Below are positions 1 through 9,979 of a stretch of 64,000 bases of DNA, in pieces (the stretch's first letter is position 1; the number at the start of each line of letters is the position of its first letter). The notes below the pieces were generated by a model. That model was given only the letters and a program-made list of their open reading frames with translations. It did not search any database and was not told the DNA's origin. The position numbers were made by a program, and so were the translations under genes. Origin of the DNA: an uncultured delta proteobacterium (GTDB lineage Bacteria > Desulfobacterota > Desulfobacteria > Desulfobacterales > JAFDCJ01); NCBI GenBank assembly GCA_963769935.1, contig CAVYNY010000001.1, positions 64,001 to 128,000 on the forward strand. The letters are read 5' to 3'.

Positions 1-97
1 TTAATGCTTGCAGGGCCTGTGGATTTCAGCTATCACTATAAGCCGTTGAGAGTTTTAACAAAGTAACCTGAAAAAATTTCCATTGAGGAGAATCAGC

Positions 98-1135
98 ATG
101 CGAGTAGTTGATCTGAGATCCGACACCATGACCCGACCCACCCCGGCGATGCGGCGGGCCATGTCTGAGGCGGAAGTTGGCGATGATGTGTTCGGAGAAG
201 ACCCGACCGTTAACAAACTGGAGCAGATGGCAGCCGAGCGGATGGGTAAGGAAGCGGCATTGTTCGTTGCCAGTGGGACCATGGGCAACCTGGTCAGCAT
301 ACTGGCCCACTGCGGCCGTGGTGATGAGATAATCCTGGGCAGCCTTTCGCACACCTTTTTTTTCGAACAGGGCGGATCGGCCGCCGTCGGCGGGATTCAT
401 CCCCGCACGGTTGCTAATCTGCCGGACGGCACCCTGCCGCCGGCTGAAATCGAAGCCGCGATTCGAACCGACAATGTTCACTTTCCGATCACGCGCCTGA
501 TCGTGCTTGAAAACACCCAAAATCTTTGCAGCGGTTATCCCCTGGATGTGGATTACATGCAGGCAGTGGGTGAGATTGCCCGTCGCCACGGCTTGAAAAT
601 ACATGTTGACGGCGCCCGGTTTTTTAATGCGGCCGTCGCACTGGGAGTGAGCACCGACAGGTTGGCGGCCGAAGCCGATTCGGTATCCTTTTGTCTGAGT
701 AAAGGCCTGGCGGCCCCCGTCGGCTCGCTGGTGTGCGGCAGCCGGGATTTCATTTACCGGGCCCGGCGTGCCCGCAAAGTGCTGGGCGGCGGCATGCGGC
801 AGGCCGGTGTGCTGGCGGCCGCCGGAATCGTAGCGCTTGATGAAATGGTGGATCGTCTGGCGGTTGATCATGCCAATGCCCGCAAACTCGCCGAAGGTCT
901 GGCCCGGATACCCGGACTGTCCATCGATCCTGCGGGAATTAAGACCAACATCGTCTATTTCGGCGTGACCCGCGCCGACATGGCCGCCGAGCAGCTAACG
1001 ACGCGTCTGAATGAGCAAGGCGCCCGTATGCTGCCAGTGGGAACCGGCCGCATCAGAGCGGTTACCCATTACCACATCACCGACGATGATATCGATTATA
1101 CCCTGGAGGTGTTCGCGAAAGCGATGGCGGCATAG
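98..1135 (+). CDS. ltaE: Low-specificity L-threonine aldolase (PLP)
   Basis: Motifs DLRSDTMT, GDDVFGED, SGTMGN, HVDGAR and CLSKGL (PLP Lys). GAGGAG RBS precedes ATG at 98. Confidence 0.93.
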   Translation: MRVVDLRSDTMTRPTPAMRRAMSEAEVGDDVFGEDPTVNKLEQMAAERMGKEAALFVASGTMGNLVSILAHCGRGDEIILGSLSHTFFFEQGGSAAVGGIHPRTVANLPDGTLPPAEIEAAIRTDNVHFPITRLIVLENTQNLCSGYPLDVDYMQAVGEIARRHGLKIHVDGARFFNAAVALGVSTDRLAAEADSVSFCLSKGLAAPVGSLVCGSRDFIYRARRARKVLGGGMRQAGVLAAAGIVALDEMVDRLAVDHANARKLAEGLARIPGLSIDPAGIKTNIVYFGVTRADMAAEQLTTRLNEQGARMLPVGTGRIRAVTHYHITDDDIDYTLEVFAKAMAA

Positions 1136-1285
1136 GGGAAAAGACTTGGCCCAGGGGACAAGGCGCATGGCGCAAGGTGTCAGGAGTGCTTTATAGGGTG
1201 TAGGATGTGATATACGGAAGATGCGCAGCGTGGAAGGTACGCTAGGCTGCATGAACGTTTTACTAGAATCGCGCTGCATTTAAAG

Positions 1286-1318
1286 AAAAAAACCCCGTTG
1301 GAAAGCAGCGGGGTTTTT
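1286..1318. terminator. Rho-independent terminator, possibly bidirectional
   Basis: AAAAAAACCCCGTTG-GAAAG-CAGCGGGGTTTTT: GC stem flanked by A and T runs, downstream of ltaE. Confidence 0.7.
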
Positions 1319-1551
1319 AATATAACTAAAATAAGTTGAAAATATGGCCCTCTGGCTAAAAAGCGAATATTGACTATTAGTCCCGTCTATGATATTTGAC
1401 CAACCGTTCCCCTTCAATTAAGATTTTCATGTCCTGGGCTGCAGTCGAATCAGATAAAAAAATCGGCATTCTCACTAAAGACGCTTCCAAAAAGGGAACT
1501 CATTTCAGCACTTTATCATATACTTCTGCTTCTTTCAGGAAAAATCCCGCC

Positions 1552-2037
1552 ATGAAAAAGCAAAATATTCTTCACAAGTATCCGCCCTCGATGGAAAACG
1601 TACTTCTTATACTGCACGATTTTCAGAACAACAATCCGCGCAATTACTTATCTGAAATAGATATGGCAATGATTGCCAAGTACTTAAATGTGACTTTCAG
1701 CTCGATTTGCGGAATTGCAAGCTATTATACTCTGTTTAGTTTAAAGCCTAGAGGTAAACACATTATCAGAATCTGCAATTCGCCGGTATGCGATATGGCC
1801 GGTTCAAAGGTTATTTTGGCGGACCTTCGCAGGAATCTTAAAATAGAAATCGGTGAAACGACTGCCGAAAAATTGTTCACGTTGGAAACAACAGAATGTT
1901 TGGGACAATGCAACACCGCACCGGGCATGGCGATCGATGAGAAATTTTATGGGAATCTGACCGCAAAAAAGATTAAGGCTATTCTCCAAATATATCGGAA
2001 CAACGGAAAGCGTACGAGGAGAAAAAAGGGGTGTTGA
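1552..2037 (+). CDS. NuoE-like [2Fe-2S] subunit of an NAD-linked formate dehydrogenase
   Basis: IASYYTLF, IRICNSPVC, ECLGQCNTAP. Start at ATG 1552 is inferred (the ORF track opens at 1396). Confidence 0.88.
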   Translation: MKKQNILHKYPPSMENVLLILHDFQNNNPRNYLSEIDMAMIAKYLNVTFSSICGIASYYTLFSLKPRGKHIIRICNSPVCDMAGSKVILADLRRNLKIEIGETTAEKLFTLETTECLGQCNTAPGMAIDEKFYGNLTAKKIKAILQIYRNNGKRTRRKKGC

Positions 2038-3293
2038 TAGAACGTCGGATCGCATTAAAAAACGTGGGACGGATCAACCCCGCAAAAATAGAAGATTATA
2101 TTGCGGCGGGCGGCTACAAAGCGTTGAAACAGGCCTTGCAAATGCCTCCGGAAAAGATCGTTTACGAACTGATTCAATCCGGCTTGAGAGGCAGGGGCGG
2201 CGCCGGATTTTCTGCGGGATTGAAGAAGAAATTCACCAGTGAAGCAACCTGTGTCCTGCTCGAATGCATGCACTATATTGTCTGCAATGCCGATGAAGGC
2301 GAACCGGGAACCTTCAAAGATCGCGCCATCATGGAGGGCGACCCGCATCTGTTGATCGAGGGCATGATCATCGCGGCCTATGCTGTCGGTGCTCAAAGAG
2401 GCTATATCTATATACGCGGCGAGTACCATAAATCGATCGACATGATCCGCAAAGCGCTGGGTCCGGCCAAAGCGCACGGTTTCCTGGGAGATGATATTTT
2501 AGGGTCCGGGTACTCACTGGACATCGAGGTCAAGCTGGGAGGCGGGTCTTATCTTTGCGGTGAGGAATTTACCCTGCTGGAATCCATCGAAGGCAAAAGA
2601 GGCTATCCGCGGATTAAACCGCCCTACCCGGCCGAAAAGGGTTTGTTCGGCATGCCCACCTTAATCAACAATGTCGAAACGCTGGCCCATGTTCCCGCCA
2701 TCCTTCTGAATGGGGCGCAATGGTACAAAAGCATCGGAACCGACCAATCTCCCGGGACAAAAATATTCTCTGTCAGTGGTGATGTGAACAATCCGGGAAA
2801 TTTTGAAGTCGAAATGGGTGCCAGCCTAAAGCAGCTTGTTTTTAATTTGGCCGGCGGCATAAAAAACGATAAAAAGCTTAAAGCCGTATTGATTGGGGGT
2901 GCTGCCGGAACGTTCATGCCGGAACCTTTTTTAGATGTCGGTCTGGACTTTGAATCCTTAAAGGCCAATGATGCTGTTTTGGGCTCCGGCGCTGTCATTG
3001 TGCTGGCTGAAGATAAATCCATTCTGGATATGCTGCTTTCGATCCTGCGGTTTTTCGGCCACGAATCATGCGGCAAATGTGTCCCTTGCCGTGTGGGAAC
3101 CCGGCACCTGGTTATTTTGCTGGCAAAGATTCTGGCCGACGGACCTGCCGGCAGTTCCAACATTGATGCCTTGCTTGAGCAGTCCGAACTCATGGCCAAA
3201 ACATCATTGTGCCCCCTTGGCCAATCCCCGGTTCTGCCGATTAGGAGCGCCGTGCGGCACTTTCGCCGAGAGCTGGAGCAACCTAATAATTAG
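2031..3293 (+). CDS. NuoF-like FMN/NADH-binding subunit
   Basis: SGLRGRGGAGF, CNADEGEPGTFKDR, YLCGEE, INNVETL, ESCGKCVPCRVG...SLCPLG. Overlaps the NuoE-like stop. Confidence 0.92.
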   Translation: MLIERRIALKNVGRINPAKIEDYIAAGGYKALKQALQMPPEKIVYELIQSGLRGRGGAGFSAGLKKKFTSEATCVLLECMHYIVCNADEGEPGTFKDRAIMEGDPHLLIEGMIIAAYAVGAQRGYIYIRGEYHKSIDMIRKALGPAKAHGFLGDDILGSGYSLDIEVKLGGGSYLCGEEFTLLESIEGKRGYPRIKPPYPAEKGLFGMPTLINNVETLAHVPAILLNGAQWYKSIGTDQSPGTKIFSVSGDVNNPGNFEVEMGASLKQLVFNLAGGIKNDKKLKAVLIGGAAGTFMPEPFLDVGLDFESLKANDAVLGSGAVIVLAEDKSILDMLLSILRFFGHESCGKCVPCRVGTRHLVILLAKILADGPAGSSNIDALLEQSELMAKTSLCPLGQSPVLPIRSAVRHFRRELEQPNN

Positions 3294-3339
3294 TTGATAT
3301 TAAATGTTATTTCTTTTCATTTTAGGAAAAAATTTTTTC

Positions 3340-3465
3340 ATCACGAAAACACGAAAATCTAGAAAGCACGAAATTTTTCTTATCTCCTTTTCGTGTCTTC
3401 GTCCTTTCGTGCTTTCGTGATTAATTTCTTTTTTAGCTCTCCGCCTCCGGCGGATCCGAGTTAGG
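3340..3465. repeat. Intergenic inverted-repeat element (CACGAAA units)
   Basis: ATCACGAAAACACGAAA ... TTTCGTGCTTTCGTGAT (3340-3421), then a small hairpin TCCGCCTCCGGCGGA. Confidence 0.7.
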
Positions 3466-3514
3466 CGCTTCCTCCCTTTTGGAATGATGGAAAGCTGGAA
3501 AAACGATTTTTAGA

Positions 3515-6244
3515 ATGAGCGACATGGCAGCCATAAATATCGACGGTAAAATAATCAGCGCCCGCTGCGGTGAAAACCTGCTGGCAGTGGCGAGGCAAAA
3601 TAAAATATTGATTCCCGGCCTCTGTTATCACCGCAAACTGACGCCGACCGGAGCCTGCCGCTTATGTATCACCAAAATAAAGGGCATGAACGGGCTTATC
3701 CCCGCCTGTACGGTAACGGTTTCGGATGGAATGGAGGTGACGGCCTTTGATGAGGAGTTGGAAGACACCCGCCGATATTTATTGGACTATCTGTTGTCCG
3801 AACATAACGAAGCGTCGGATTTAAGCTATGAAGATGAATTCAAGGTGCTGGTCGGCAGATACGGGCTGAACGATCCGGCGCAAAGACAATTTCCCTCCCT
3901 CTGGCAGTCGCTCGGATACCCGGTCGACGACAGTTCGCCGGTGCTTACCTACGATGCTTCCAAGTGTATAAAATGCTTTCGATGCATCAAGGCCTGCGAC
4001 GAAGTGCAGGGTAAAAATGTTCTGTCTTTTACCAATCGCGGCATCACATCCTATATCATCGGCGGATTCGGCGTTTGGGGGAAGTCGGAGTGTGACGGCT
4101 GCGGCGAATGTATTCAACTTTGCCCCACCGGTGCGATTGTTGAAAAGCCCAACAGGGGTATTCTCCAAACCGCCGGGGCGGCTAAACGCGTCAAAACCAT
4201 TTGTCCCTACTGCGGCGTGGGCTGCCAGATAGAGGTGGTAGTCAAAAACAACCGCATCGTCCGCGTCAATGGGGTAGAGGGTATAAAACCAAATGATGGA
4301 AAGCTTTGCGTTAAGGGGCGCTTCGGCTATGAGTTTGTCGGCAGCCGGGACCGGTTGACCCGGCCTTTGATTAAACGCAACGGTCAATTCGTGGCGGCCG
4401 ACTGGGATGAAGCGCTGGATCTGATAGCCTCTAAATTTAACGCCGTCAAACAAAAACACGGCAATGACGCCCTGGCAGGTTACACATCGGCCAAATGTAC
4501 CAACGAAGATAATTATATTTTTCAAAAATTTATCCGCACCGCATTCGGAACCAATAATGTGGATTATTGCACCCGGCTCTGCCATGCGTCGACCGTCACC
4601 GCGATGCTGCGGTCTTTGGGGGACGGTGCCGGATCCAACTCGATCGAAGATTATGAGAAGGCCGATTGTATTCTGGTTATCGGCAATAATATGATTGAAA
4701 CCCACCCGGTTACCGCCACCTTTGTCAAACGGGGCGTCGCCAATGGCGCTAAACTCATCATCATTGATCCCCGCTGGACGCCGCTGGTGAAATTTGCCGA
4801 CATCTGGCTGCAACCCCGGCTCGGCACCGACGTGGCCCTGCTCAACGGACTCATTCATATCATTATCAGCGAAGACCTGTTTGATAAAGATTTTATCCTC
4901 AATCGAATTGAGGGCGGACTGCAGGCTTTCGAAAAACTCAAAAAGTTGGCCTCGAAATATCCGCCTGATCATGTATCGGCCATCACGGGAATTGACCCGT
5001 CCAAAATTCCGGCGGCCGCCAGGCTTTACGCCCGGGCAAATCGAGCGTTGATTGCCACCGGCATGGGTATCAGCCAGCAGGTGACCGGTACTCATACCGT
5101 TTTTTCACTCATCAATATGTGCTTGATCGCCGGACAAATCGGCAAAGTCGGCGCGGGATTAAATCCACCGCGGGGCCAAAACAACGTCCAGGGAGCATCG
5201 GATGTGGGCTGTTCGCCTCTCATTTACCCGGGCTATATCCCGGTCACGGATGATGAAAACCGCAAAAGAGTCGCCGCGGTCTGGAATTTTCCCTATGAAG
5301 CGCTTTCCGACAGGATCGGGCTTACCACCGTCGAGATCATGCAGGCCGCCCAAGAGGGAACGGTCAAGGGCATGTACATCATGGGCGAAAACCCGATGTT
5401 GACCGACCCCGATCAGAATCATACCCGCGCAGCCCTCGAGAAGCTGAAATTTTTGGTGGTGCAGGATATTTTCCCGACCGAAACCACCGCCTTCGCCGAT
5501 GTCATCCTGCCGGGGGTTGCGTTCGCAGAAAAAAACGGCACCTTTGTGAACAGCGATCGCCGGGTGGGCCGCGTGAGAAAGGCCGTGGCGCCTCCCGGAA
5601 AAGCCCGGCAGGATTGGGAGGTGCTATTGGAGGTCGCCCAACGGATGGGCTGTCCCACGAAATCCTATCAGGATGAATCGGAAATTTTTGATGAGATTGC
5701 CGCGGTGACACCGATTATGGCCGGCATCTCCTATGATAGAATTGAACAGGAAGGTATCCAATGGCCGTGCCCGACAAAAGACCATCCGGGAACCGCCACA
5801 CTTTTTTTGGATAAATTCAACACGCCCAGCGGCAGGGCAATCCTCAACCCGGTAGAATACGTTCCGCAAACCGAAAAATCGACGCCCGCCTATCCGTTTC
5901 TACTGAACACGGGCCGAATCCTCTACCAGTACCATACCTGCACCATGTCCAGACGCAATAAAGCGCTTACGGATTTTGCCAATCAGTCTTACGTGCTGAT
6001 GCACCCTGATGATGCCACGAAGTTGGGTCTGGAAAAAGGTGAGCGCCTCAGGATCGTCTCCAGGCAAGGGGAAATTGATACCCGACTTAAGGTCAGTGCG
6101 GAGGTATTACCCGGCGAGCTCTTCATGCCGTTTCACTATGGAGAATCTCCTGTAAATGCCCTCACCCGCCATGAAATGGATCCGCTCTCCAAAATCGCAC
6201 CGTTTAAGCTGACAGCCTGTCGAGTGGAAAAATTCATGCCATAA
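3515..6244 (+). CDS. fdhF: Formate dehydrogenase alpha subunit (Mo/W-bis-PGD, Cys ligand) with N-terminal Fe-S domains
   Basis: GACRLC [2Fe-2S]; CIKCFRCIKAC and CDGCGECIQLCP; CPYCGVGC, KLCVKGRFG, RLCHAST, RGQNNVQG. Confidence 0.93.
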   Translation: MSDMAAINIDGKIISARCGENLLAVARQNKILIPGLCYHRKLTPTGACRLCITKIKGMNGLIPACTVTVSDGMEVTAFDEELEDTRRYLLDYLLSEHNEASDLSYEDEFKVLVGRYGLNDPAQRQFPSLWQSLGYPVDDSSPVLTYDASKCIKCFRCIKACDEVQGKNVLSFTNRGITSYIIGGFGVWGKSECDGCGECIQLCPTGAIVEKPNRGILQTAGAAKRVKTICPYCGVGCQIEVVVKNNRIVRVNGVEGIKPNDGKLCVKGRFGYEFVGSRDRLTRPLIKRNGQFVAADWDEALDLIASKFNAVKQKHGNDALAGYTSAKCTNEDNYIFQKFIRTAFGTNNVDYCTRLCHASTVTAMLRSLGDGAGSNSIEDYEKADCILVIGNNMIETHPVTATFVKRGVANGAKLIIIDPRWTPLVKFADIWLQPRLGTDVALLNGLIHIIISEDLFDKDFILNRIEGGLQAFEKLKKLASKYPPDHVSAITGIDPSKIPAAARLYARANRALIATGMGISQQVTGTHTVFSLINMCLIAGQIGKVGAGLNPPRGQNNVQGASDVGCSPLIYPGYIPVTDDENRKRVAAVWNFPYEALSDRIGLTTVEIMQAAQEGTVKGMYIMGENPMLTDPDQNHTRAALEKLKFLVVQDIFPTETTAFADVILPGVAFAEKNGTFVNSDRRVGRVRKAVAPPGKARQDWEVLLEVAQRMGCPTKSYQDESEIFDEIAAVTPIMAGISYDRIEQEGIQWPCPTKDHPGTATLFLDKFNTPSGRAILNPVEYVPQTEKSTPAYPFLLNTGRILYQYHTCTMSRRNKALTDFANQSYVLMHPDDATKLGLEKGERLRIVSRQGEIDTRLKVSAEVLPGELFMPFHYGESPVNALTRHEMDPLSKIAPFKLTACRVEKFMP

Positions 6245-6255
6245 CCCGCAAGGGC

Positions 6256-6370
6256 TTGAATTGAAAATTGAAGATTGCAAATTGTATAATTGTAACTGTC
6301 GCTTTGCTCCTCTTTTTTAAAATCGAAAAAATTCCACTAATATTCAATATTGAATCGAAAATATTCAATC
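6256..6370. repeat. Intergenic TTGAA-unit inverted-repeat element
   Basis: TTGAATTGAAAATTGAAGATTGCAAATTG ... AATATTCAAT. Related sequence at 21764-21790 (minus strand) and 60341-60370. Confidence 0.55.
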
Positions 6371-6382
6371 ATTTAGTACCCC

Positions 6383-7621
6383 CTACCCGGCCGGGATGGG
6401 GAATTCTGTACAGAGTTGTTCGACTTTTTGTTTAATGTTTTTTTGCAATTCCCAGTTATTTGGTTCTTGGATAATGGAAGCTACCCAATTGCCGATCTTG
6501 ACCATTTCTTTCATTTTCATTCCACGGGTGCTAACGGCAGGCGTGCCAATTCTGATCCCGGATGGTTTAAAGGGTGAACTCGGATCATAGGGGATCGGGT
6601 TGGCGTTGGTGACGATACCTGCATTTTCTAATGCGACGGCCGCGGGTTTTCCCAAGCCGATACCGAAAGGCAGCAAATTGATCAATATCATATGATTGTC
6701 GGTCCCACCGGTGACAAGCTTGATTCCCCTGCTCGTTAGCTCACCAGCCAGGGCTATTGCATTTTCCGTAATATTTTTAGTATAGGTTTTGAATTCTTCC
6801 GAAAGTGCTTCCTTCAATGCAACGGCCTTGGCGGCCGTCACATGATTATGCGGGCCGCCCTGGCTGCCCGGGAAAACTGCCCGGTCAATTTGCTTTGCAT
6901 ATTTTTTCCTGCAAAGAATAATTGCACCGCGCGGGCCGCGAAGTGTTTTGTGGGTTGTCGTCATGGCCACATCGCAAAACGGAAATGGACTTGGGTGAAC
7001 GCCGCCGGCAATCAAACCGGCGACATGACTGATGTCCGCAAAATGTAGTGCTCCGATCTCTTCGGCAATTTTCTGAAAGGCTCCAAAATCGATTTCACGT
7101 GGATACGCTGTTAGCCCGGATACGATCATTTTGGGTCTGTGCGTAAGCGCTAACCGGCGGACGTCATCCATATCGATTCTTTCGGAATTTTTATTTACGC
7201 CATAATTGACGGCTTTGTAGGTTTTACCCGAAAAATTGACAGGATTACCATGGGTTAGATGGCCGCCGCAGGAAAGGTCGAAGCCGATAAACGTATCACC
7301 CGGATCCAAAAATGCCATATAAACCGCCGCGTTGGCTGGGCTCCCGGAATATGGCTGCACATTGGCATGCTCGGCGCCAAAAAGCTTTTTAGCACGCTCG
7401 ATGGCAATGATCTCTATGGCATCAACGATGGCATTGCCCTGGTAGTATCGCTGCCGCGGGTAGCCTTCACTGTATTTATTCGTCAGGGCAGATGCCGTTG
7501 CCTCCAGAACGGAAGGACTTGCAAAGTTTTCACTGGCAATGAGGTTGATGGTCAATTGCTGTCGCAATTTCTCCTTCTCGAGCAACGAGTTGATTTCCGG
7601 ATCAGTTTTTTCTAATTCCAT
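6383..7621 (-). CDS. glyA: Serine hydroxymethyltransferase
   Basis: LIASENF, NKYSEGYP, NVQPYSGS, GGHLTHG, TTTHKTLRGPRG. GGAG precedes ATG at 7621 (alternative start 7657). Confidence 0.95.
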   Translation of the reverse strand: MELEKTDPEINSLLEKEKLRQQLTINLIASENFASPSVLEATASALTNKYSEGYPRQRYYQGNAIVDAIEIIAIERAKKLFGAEHANVQPYSGSPANAAVYMAFLDPGDTFIGFDLSCGGHLTHGNPVNFSGKTYKAVNYGVNKNSERIDMDDVRRLALTHRPKMIVSGLTAYPREIDFGAFQKIAEEIGALHFADISHVAGLIAGGVHPSPFPFCDVAMTTTHKTLRGPRGAIILCRKKYAKQIDRAVFPGSQGGPHNHVTAAKAVALKEALSEEFKTYTKNITENAIALAGELTSRGIKLVTGGTDNHMILINLLPFGIGLGKPAAVALENAGIVTNANPIPYDPSSPFKPSGIRIGTPAVSTRGMKMKEMVKIGNWVASIIQEPNNWELQKNIKQKVEQLCTEFPIPAG

Positions 7622-7687
7622 TTTCTCCAACTCCAACGAATTCTTCACTAAAGTCATTGTACAATAGATGAGAATTCGGAGGCCATT

Positions 7688-8938
7688 CTAGTGTTTAAAA
7701 CTCCGTTGACCCGTATATACCATCGTCGCCCCGGCTTCGTTGCAGGCCTCGATGGACTGATAGTCATTGCCGGAGCCGCCGGGCTGAATCACGGCCGTAA
7801 TCCCTTCGCGCAGGCCGACGTCCACCCCGTCCCGAAACGGGAAAAACGCATCGCTGACCATGGCCGCGCCGATCAATCCGCCTTTTTCCCGCGCCACCCG
7901 CGCATCGAGCTCCGCCTTTTGCCCGGCGTCTTTTAAATCATTGTAAGGGATGCCCAGACTTTCGAAGCAATAGCGATCGGCCAGTTTACGGTAGGCCTTG
8001 TCCCTGGCAATCTGGGCGACACCGACCCGATCCTGCTCGCCGGTCCCAATGCCGACCGTAACCAGATCCTTGACATAGATAACCGAATTGGAGGTAACGC
8101 CGGATTCCACCAGCCAGCCGAACAGCAGATCCTCGTATTCCTTATCCGTCGGCGCGCGGTTGATTTTATACTGTTGGCCCTTGTATTCGGATTCCGCCGG
8201 TTTGAGCTCGGCTTTGCTGCGGCTGACCGGCACAAAAGACCACTGGGTGATGATACCCCCGTCGATCAGACTTTTAAATTCCACGCAGCGCTGACCGACA
8301 AATGACTGCAGCCGCTCGATGTTTGCGATCTTAATTACCCGCAGATTCTTCTTGGCGGCAAAAACGTCCATCACTCCCGCTTCGTAATCCGGTGCGACCA
8401 CAACTTCGGCATATTGCCCGGTGATGGCCTCCGCGGCGGCCTTGTCCACCGGGCGGTTCAGGGCAATACATCCGCCGAAGGCGGCGACCCGATCGGCCAT
8501 ATTGGCTTTGAGGTAGGCGTCGACCAGGGAATCGGCCAGGGCCACCCCGCACGGATTGTTGTGTTTGACAATGACCGCTGCGGGCTTGTCGGTAAAGTAC
8601 CGCAGGATGTTCAGCGCATTGTCGGCATCGGTTAAGTTGGTTTTGCCGGGATGTTTGCCGGATTGCAGCAATTCGATGTCGGATGCCAGATACCGGCCCG
8701 GTTGAATGGTGTGGGTTTCGCCCAATACCAGGTTGCCGTTGGCCAGCCGGTAAAGGGCGGCCTCCTGTCCCGGATTCTCGCCGTAGCGCAGACCTTTTTG
8801 CACATTGTCGATGGTCCAGGTAACTTTCTCGTAAAAAAGGGTTTGCCGCTGATTTTTATCGACAAAGCTGATCTCCATTCGGGGAGGAAAATGATCATCC
8901 ATGATCGTACGATACATTTTTTTGAGATCTTCGGCCAT
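7688..8938 (-). CDS. purH: AICAR transformylase-like protein (C-terminal part of a split PurH)
   Basis: LRYGENPGQ, IVKHNNPCGVA (Lys-His pair), SDAFFPFRDG, IQPGGS, RSFKH. AAGGAG RBS. Confidence 0.85.
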   Translation of the reverse strand: MAEDLKKMYRTIMDDHFPPRMEISFVDKNQRQTLFYEKVTWTIDNVQKGLRYGENPGQEAALYRLANGNLVLGETHTIQPGRYLASDIELLQSGKHPGKTNLTDADNALNILRYFTDKPAAVIVKHNNPCGVALADSLVDAYLKANMADRVAAFGGCIALNRPVDKAAAEAITGQYAEVVVAPDYEAGVMDVFAAKKNLRVIKIANIERLQSFVGQRCVEFKSLIDGGIITQWSFVPVSRSKAELKPAESEYKGQQYKINRAPTDKEYEDLLFGWLVESGVTSNSVIYVKDLVTVGIGTGEQDRVGVAQIARDKAYRKLADRYCFESLGIPYNDLKDAGQKAELDARVAREKGGLIGAAMVSDAFFPFRDGVDVGLREGITAVIQPGGSGNDYQSIEACNEAGATMVYTGQRSFKH

Positions 8939-8957
8939 GCGGATTCTCCTTTGCGCG

Positions 8958-9240
8958 GGATATTGGAATTTCGGTAATTGGGATATGTTTGGTATTTGAT
9001 TATTCGATATTGGACCTATTTAAATGGGTGTCAGGTGTCAGCGGCGGCGCTGGCAGCCGCAGTTCCCAGTTTAAAAGGAAGTCATTCTGTCTATTTTATA
9101 AAAAAAGCTGAGCGACACGCGGCACACACCCCGCGCAGGTGCCGGCGTTGCGCGAGCGAATCCACCCTTTGAAATTCTGCGGTGTCTTTTAACTATGAGC
9201 TATCAGCTATCAGCTTTTTTATCTGACACCTGAAACCTCT
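8958..9240. repeat. Composite intergenic repeat element between the purH halves
   Basis: GGTGTCAGGTGTCAG (9027-9041) ... CTGACACCTGAAACCT (9223-9238) as inverted arms, plus AGCTATC and ATTGG/TTTGG units. Confidence 0.6.
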
Positions 9241-9298
9241 AAATAAAGCAACTCGCCCGCATCGACAAAAAGTTGCCGACACGGCACTTAAAAGCGCC

Positions 9299-9979
9299 CT
9301 AGTAGCAACCTGAAACCTCGGCAAACGACCGGGCGCCCAAAAATTCGGCAATGGTACGATCGTAAACGGCGGTGTGCTCGAAAGCCTTTTGCGCCAGGCG
9401 GAAGCGCAGATTTAAAGACAGCGCTCCATTATGGGCTTTCAGTTCGCTGATGATCATGCCGTAATCGCCGGGATCCACTACGGGGGCCACCCGGATAAAA
9501 TTTTTAGCCGCTGCCCGGATCATGCACGGACCGCCGATATCGATATTGCCCCGGGCCTTTTCAACCGTGACATCGGGTTTGGCGATCGTTTCTTTGAATG
9601 GGTAGAGGTTCACGACGACCATGTCGATGGGCACGCTGCCGGTTCGCCTCAGATCATTCTGATGCGCTTCATTGTAAGTTTCGGTGAGTAGCCCGAGATA
9701 GATCTTAAAATCCAGCGTTTTTACCAGACCCCCCTGAGTTTCCGGCTGACCCGTGTAATCGGAAACCTGGCTGAGATGCGAGCCGCTCGAGTCGCCCAGA
9801 ATCTCCTGGAGCCTGGCGTATGTACCGCCGGTGGAAAATATTTTTAAATCCGGATTAACGGCCATAAGCTCCGGTACAAAGGTATCCAAGCCGCTTTTGT
9901 CGGATACGCTCATCAGCACGTGGCGAACGGGTACCAGGTGATCGATTTTCTCAACAATGTTAATAGCCATAATTTTCAC
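9299..9979 (-). CDS. purH: IMP cyclohydrolase / MGS-like domain (N-terminal part of a split PurH)
   Basis: LMSVSDKSGL, STGGT, VSDYTGQPE..GGLVKTL, VVNLYPF, IDIGGPCMIRAAAKN, AFEHTAVYD. Confidence 0.88.
   Translation of the reverse strand: MKIMAINIVEKIDHLVPVRHVLMSVSDKSGLDTFVPELMAVNPDLKIFSTGGTYARLQEILGDSSGSHLSQVSDYTGQPETQGGLVKTLDFKIYLGLLTETYNEAHQNDLRRTGSVPIDMVVVNLYPFKETIAKPDVTVEKARGNIDIGGPCMIRAAAKNFIRVAPVVDPGDYGMIISELKAHNGALSLNLRFRLAQKAFEHTAVYDRTIAEFLGARSFAEVSGCY

Noticed and set aside
1552..3293. Respiratory complex I nuoEF
   Set aside because: No other nuo genes are present and the genes precede fdhF, so they are best read as the FDH diaphorase module.
3422..3514. Moco/Wco riboswitch before fdhF
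   Set aside because: Only short fragments (TCCGAG, CCTCCC) resemble it, and the region is better explained by the repeat element.
4570..4590. Selenocysteine recoding in FDH
   Set aside because: The active-site codon is TGC (Cys) and the ORF is continuous, with no in-frame TGA.
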